NCBI GenBank assembly: GCA_905178155.1
Contig: CAJINV010000014.1
Location: forward strand, 2,015,888 to 2,079,887
Direction of reading: 5' to 3'
Length of the DNA: 64,000 nt
From: Amoebophrya sp. A120
Lineage: Eukaryota > Protista > Dinoflagellata
Both the position numbers and the translations under genes were made by a program. Positions 58,393-64,000 of this stretch are shown one piece after another; position 1 is the first letter of the stretch, and each line of letters begins with the position of its first letter. Below the pieces are notes generated by a model. It did no database searches, had not been told where the DNA came from, and saw nothing but the letters and a program-made list of their open reading frames with translations.

Positions 58393-61206
58393 TTTCTGTT
58401 TAGTGTCGTGAAAAGACCGTCCAGGAGTGAACTTGGTAAAACTGCTGGATGGATACTGCACCAAGAGGAGAAACAAAGGAATACAAGAGGATGAGGACCG
58501 CAACTGAATACACTATATCAAATAAAAGAAGGAACTCCTTCCGAGCCTGTGCATCTGCTAGTCACACTTTTCTCATCATCCACTGTGGTCACCTGCAGAA
58601 ATGAAATAAAATAGAAATATGAGTCGATCTTCAAATACACTTACAGCCACTTCTCGAGCCTGCTTCGTCGAAAATATTATAATATTTGAACCCACCATCC
58701 AACATTGACACGACACCATAGTGCGTCAAAAGCTTGACAAGGAACACAACAAGATCCGTTACTATTTATCGAGTGTTGATGACCAGATCGAATGTGGACT
58801 TCCTCGTCAGAAACAATTCCGTTTCTTTTCTCCGTGCGCTGGCCTCCAACACGAGGCCATGATAAGTGGGACCGAGTCGTTGATCCTAATTTCAATCAAT
58901 GTGTTTTGCAGATCCTACAGTATTATTGAGTCTACTTCTCGCGTTATTTTGTGATCTTGTTGTTGATTTTTATGTAGGTGCTACTGTTACGTTGTCGCCT
59001 GCATTATCAGTGTATTCAAATTCATGCACTGCTCTGTAATACTCACAAGCCGCGATGATCCATGTTCCGTTTGTCGGACGCTGATCTCCCAGTAGTCTAG
59101 CCTTTTACTAGTGCACTTTGATGCTTGCTTCATCTTCATCAGAGATCGTTCCACTTCGACATTTGGTGCGACAGGCGAATGATTGCCAAAGACGAGGGAG
59201 AAGATCGAGCGCTGGATCATCGACGGGGAGTCACCAGGTTTTCTTTAGGACACGAAGTGAGGACATCAAGAAGAGCAATAATTTTGAATAAATAAAATGC
59301 AAGCACAAGAAGCCGGCGCTGGGCGGGCAATAAACGAACACAATATCAATAAATAGAAATAGAGGATGTTGCGCAGATGAAACAACGCGTCACTAAGGCA
59401 TTTTTTTTTTCTCGAAAGTCATCTCGTAGGGGGGGGAAAGTAAAAAACATCTCGTAAGTTACGTCCTCATCGCGAAGCGATAAGAGACTACGTAGCGTGC
59501 GCAATTGCAACAGAGTGTCGCAGTGCCAATAAAGCTGCCTATCTGACTGAAGCTGCAGTTTGTTTTAGTTATACTCGATTTCAGATTTTAGAGCTTCATT
59601 CTTTCTCGAGCCGGAAGAAAAGCATCATACTGCAACTGCAACTACGAACGCTCGTGACACACCACAACACAAAAAGAAAAACTAGAACTTCGATCGAGAT
59701 CGATGGCATTTACGACACCACACAATAGCTTTCTTTCTGTTTCTTCCAGCTAGAGCTACAGCTTCGGCATATTAGTCTCGAGCTGAGTACTAAAGTAACG
59801 GCTGATCGACCCGCGGAAGGAATTGGATTCGCGTTCTGTATTCATATTTTTATTTTGTCCTTCCACATCGAGCAGCTTCCACATTCATAAACACTGTTGC
59901 CTGTGGGTATGCTCCAACACCGATGGGAGTTGATACGCAACTATAACGACCCTTCCTCAGGTTATAACGGGCTAACATTTCACTGCAAAAGAAACAGCTC
60001 AAGGCGGCCCGATTGTTACAGTTCAGGATGACTTTTGAGATCTCACGACTAAAAGCCACGACCAGATTGCAACCGCAAAAATATAGCTACACTTAGGCTT
60101 TCGATGTTCATGTTTATTTTTATCGCGTTTTTCACAATTTCCCTACTAGAAGAAGCTTATATAATATTAATCAGGTCACGTTTTCGGGAGGGTCAACGCG
60201 ATCATCGATGCTCTATTTTATCTTCATTACAATGTAAAGTTGTGACTTGACTTATCAAAAAAAAGAAGAAGAAGAAGAAGAAGAAGGACCTTTAGAAGAA
60301 CAAAAAGATGTATTGCAATGTAAAATTGTGACTTGAATTTATCAAAAAAGATCAATCTTTGTTGTAGAAGGTGAAGGAAAAAAAAATGGTGCACAGTTGT
60401 ACTAATTAGGTTTTTACTTCTTTTTTTCATAACAAATTTGCTCTTCCAGTTTCACGATACACCCACAAAAATCTGCTCTTTGAGGGGGGCTCAGAGACAA
60501 AGCCTGGATCTCGGGCGCAGCTTGTTCTTGAGCCTGTAAGCGAAGTTAACAAAACACGCGATTGATATGCGCGGGGCAAGGTTTTGCACAAAAAAAAGTA
60601 CGGAAGCCAAAACGATATAGGAGAGTTCTTTTTGCTGCAGACCACACCAGCTGCCACAGCTGGCTTGCGAGTCTGTGCTAGCTACTTCGAGAGCGGGGGC
60701 CCATTCTCTGCGTCGGATTCGGCGGCCTGCCTTTCGGCTTCGTAAACAGTCGCGCGCTTCTCCAGGTCCAGTTCCGGGCTGCGCTTGCTGGATTTCGTGG
60801 AATTTCTTGCCCCCGCCTTCAATGGTCGACAATTTTCGTGGCCGATTTCGTCGGCGGCTTTTGATTATAGACTGCAAGCTTTAACTTGTCGAGGCCGGGG
60901 ATTATCACGGCGCGACGGGAGATGCGTCGTGGTATACTAACTGTCCTCGTATCCATGCAAAAAGAGCCTGAGCCGCTAGCACCACTACATTTCTGGTACA
61001 GATAGGGCGGGCTTCGGCTGTCGCTTTCTGAATCTGAGTGTAAATCCGGAATGCACGACTCAGGAAGTAGGAGTTTTTTTCCAGTAAAATGAGGACGACA
61101 GGAATGATCTCAAATTTTGATATCTATCAAGCAGGTCCTGATAGACAAAAAAAAGTTAGTTGCTACCCATCCAGACAAAAGTCCTGCTCTTCCCCAAACC
61201 TGACAC

Positions 61207-61959
61207 TCACCTTGCGGCCGATATCAATTTCTCCTCCTCGTCCGCCAGCAAGTCCTTGCTGCTCCAAAAGATCGCGAGCGCAACGCAAAAACCCCAGATG
61301 ATAAACGCGGACGCCACGCTCGCGACGAGGGTTCTGAGGTGCAAAAAAACCGCTGAAATGCCGGCGGAGTGGATGCTTTCAGCCATTGTCTGACTCCCGT
61401 CGAATCCGGTGACGGTAGACTTCTCTGCTGGAGGTAGTGAATGCGCGAAAAACGAGCTCCCCCTTGGCCCCGGCGTCTCGAGAAATGCGAACCCGGAACG
61501 CAGCACAACAGACCCCGGCGGGACGACTTGGTTGGTCCTGCTTATCACGCGTTGATCCTTCGCGTCTTTGAAGCCCCCGGGCGGCAGGACCTGCAGAGGT
61601 TGACCTTGAGGATGCGTTTCTGGGCTGCATGTGTCGCATTGCAGATCTGCATGCGTGTTCCGCTTAGGGAACAAGTCATCGGCCGTTTGTGAACCTTGTA
61701 CGAAGCTCATGTGCTGCTCCTGGTCTAAAGAGACCCAAAGGGGGAGTTTTTCTCTATCTCTTACTTCTCCTAGCCTATCTTCACTTATTTCGGTATCTTC
61801 AATAGGAAGGGTGTCCAGGTCCAACACGAGGCTCTCGGCCACGGGGTTCCTTGCGTGTTTCACTTTCTTAAGGATCCCGAGCATTAATCTTGCTGGCGAA
61901 GGATCCGCATAGCCAGCCACGTTGAACGCCACGTCAACGGAGTACCCGCTGAACTGCAT
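61207..61959 (-). CDS. Hypothetical 250-aa protein with C-terminal hydrophobic segment
   Basis: Uninterrupted ATG-started ORF with ordinary composition; no recognised domain. Confidence 0.45.
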   Translation of the reverse strand: MQFSGYSVDVAFNVAGYADPSPARLMLGILKKVKHARNPVAESLVLDLDTLPIEDTEISEDRLGEVRDREKLPLWVSLDQEQHMSFVQGSQTADDLFPKRNTHADLQCDTCSPETHPQGQPLQVLPPGGFKDAKDQRVISRTNQVVPPGSVVLRSGFAFLETPGPRGSSFFAHSLPPAEKSTVTGFDGSQTMAESIHSAGISAVFLHLRTLVASVASAFIIWGFCVALAIFWSSKDLLADEEEKLISAAR

Positions 61960-62169
61960 GCGATTTTCCTGCAGCCTCCGCGCGACGTGCTCCTGCGGCG
62001 CCTCCTCGCCAATGATAGAGAGTGGCCCGGCCGCGGCCGGTGGGGTTGGTCATAGCATGCGCGGAAGAATGAAAGCCTGCGGCTTTTGTGCTAAACCGAC
62101 GTGATTCAACTTCAAGAATAGACTTGCTTTTTTTCGAAAGCGAAAGAGAAAAAAAAGAATGAAACAACT

Positions 62170-64000
62170 AGCCCCGGCCATTTCCGAAACCGATGAAGCT
62201 GATGAGTTTGCCACTTGGCAAATTCATCAGCGGCGCCAGCTTTGCCCCCGGATTTCCGAAATTTGGCAATCTTATCAGCGTCACCAGCTTCGCCAATTTT
62301 TCCGGGAGGTTTGCCAAATTTGAAAACTTCATCAGCTTCACCCGCTTCGCCACTCTTGCCGGATTTGCGAAATCTAGCAAACTCATCAGCTTCATATCAT
62401 CGGCTTCGGGAATGGGCGGGGCCCCTTATGCCCGGCGCGCGCCACGCGCGCCTAACATAAGCGGCGCGCGAGATCCTGCAAAACGTAAAAAGGGAGGGGG
62501 GATCCTGCAAAACGCAAACAGAGGGGGGGCAAGCTCCGCGAAAAAGCGCCGCGGGCGCGCGTTCTTCGGGATCTCACCCAAGCCGCCGGTAGCGCCCCCC
62601 CCTTTTTCGCGGAGCTCCAGCAGCTTTGCCTGCTTTTTGGGATTTGCCAAATTTGGCAAACCCACCAGCTTCATCAGCTTCACCGGCTTCGGAATAAACC
62701 GAGGCCCCTCATGTTCGGCGCGCGCGCCGCGCGCGTACGTTTTACAAGGTTCGGCGGCCCCTGCCGCCGCCGGTAGGTTTTCTCCCCTGGCCAAACACAT
62801 CGACGAGGACCCCGCCCCCCTCTTTCATTACCCTGCCAGGAATCATATCGGGCAATGACTTTCTTTCCGCTTTAAAGTTGATTTTCGGAAAATCGGAGAC
62901 GGAAACGGCGCCCACAGAACAAGGAGCGTTTTTTTCTTAGGGTAGGAACGCAAAGCCCGATAGTACGGCGCCTTCTCTCTGGACCCCGGGCAAAAAATGC
63001 GGGGAGTCGCCTTGTAACACAACAAACCACAAGCACAAAACACTTGCCCGAAACGCTTCACAAGTTTTTTTTCAAGAATCCCAACGCGTGGCACTTCTTC
63101 AAAACTTTCCGCGATTTTTCCAAAAGCCTCCCAATCGAACTCCTCCGGCCCTTTGGAAGAAGTTGGAGGCCATCCAGGGTTCGAAATCTTTGGCGAGTCT
63201 CGGGAAACTTTTCTTCAAGCGCTGTCACGTTTTGTCTTTGGAAGCCGGAATGCAACACGCAAAAAATTTCTCCGTGTTTGTATTGTTGTTAACACAATCC
63301 GCTCCAGAATTATCTGCAAAGCCCTGTGCCACGTCGGGAATGGATGAGGGGCGCGGAAAATTTCAAAATGCGAGCCATCCACCCCCAGGCCGAGCGATGC
63401 GACCCAAGTCATAGAGGCGACAACAGCGCTCAATCGCAGAACACTGCCCCAAAGCTTTTCAGAAGTTTTCGGAAATTATATGCAAAGCAGCCTTCTCCGA
63501 ACTTTTGGAAGAAGTCAGCTGGAGCCCGCCCAGGGTTCGGGGCGTTTGCAAAGTTCTGGAAAAATTTCATTGCAGTGCGCTCGCTCTTTGTCTTTTCTTT
63601 ACAAACCGGAACGCAACCCGCTAAAATAATCCCCGACGGAATTACTTACGCAGCCCTGCACCCCCCCGGGATCCGGTGAAAAGCGCCTAAAAAGCGCGCG
63701 CAAGAAATTTCTATTTCCCGGCAAAGCGACGAGGCCACAGGGCCGGCAACGGCGATCGCCATCGCTTCACACTCGACAAACAAACAAACATGGAGCGGCC
63801 AATAATACCTTTCCGGACCCGACCCGAAATGCTCCGGCTGGCTCCTTGGAGGCTAGGCGGGAAATTCCCAAAACAACGAAGAAAACGCAGGCGCCGAAAA
63901 TATTGCCCCCCCGCCAATCAGGGGGCCCGTCCTGTTTGACTTCGAGAACCTTTCGGCCGGGTTTAATTAATAACAAGGCCCGGCGGCCCATGCGCTTCTG
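62170..64000. repeat. GC-rich degenerate repeat region, possibly the interior of a large mobile element
   Basis: Recurrent CATCAGCTTC and GCCAAATTTG motifs; imperfect duplications about 62385-62460 vs 62670-62745 and about 63110-63330 vs 63460-63660. Confidence 0.6.

Noticed and set aside
1-64000. Transposase, reverse transcriptase or tyrosine recombinase gene
   Set aside because: No ORF shows motifs I recognise. A divergent or intron-split one cannot be excluded without HMM searches.

Overview
Eukaryotic genomic DNA, most likely the parasitic dinoflagellate Amoebophrya (Syndiniales). This is inferred from genome architecture, not from a database match. All supportable genes are on the minus strand: (1) a >2,200-aa hypothetical acidic/coiled-coil protein with one predicted TM helix (about 19.6 kb to beyond the left edge), (2) RLP24/RSL24D1, (3) a large Mei2-like RRM protein, (4) a large Ser-rich hypothetical gene region, (5) SAS10/UTP3, and (6) an orphan 250-aa ORF. 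The dominant feature is about 65 short (110-390 bp) non-autonomous elements from more than 10 sequence families that act as non-canonical introns (introners). They have TAT...ATA termini, terminal inverted repeats (TIRs) and a 5-bp target-site duplication (TSD). By hand, I removed each element plus one TSD copy across 46 consecutive introns of gene 1 and recovered one continuous reading frame. Inverted/direct-repeat introners have already been reported in Amoebophrya (Farhat et al. 2021). The finer rules visible here may be less well described: a motif shared across families, insertion in both orientations, stop-codon constraints on the splice position, stacked elements, 7-18 nt micro-exons, apparent conversion to GT/GC-AG introns, and a 1.1-kb relative inside a canonical intron. 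No transposase, RNA gene or CRISPR array was recognised. Coordinates were counted by hand and may be off by a base or two. Family letters are my own labels.
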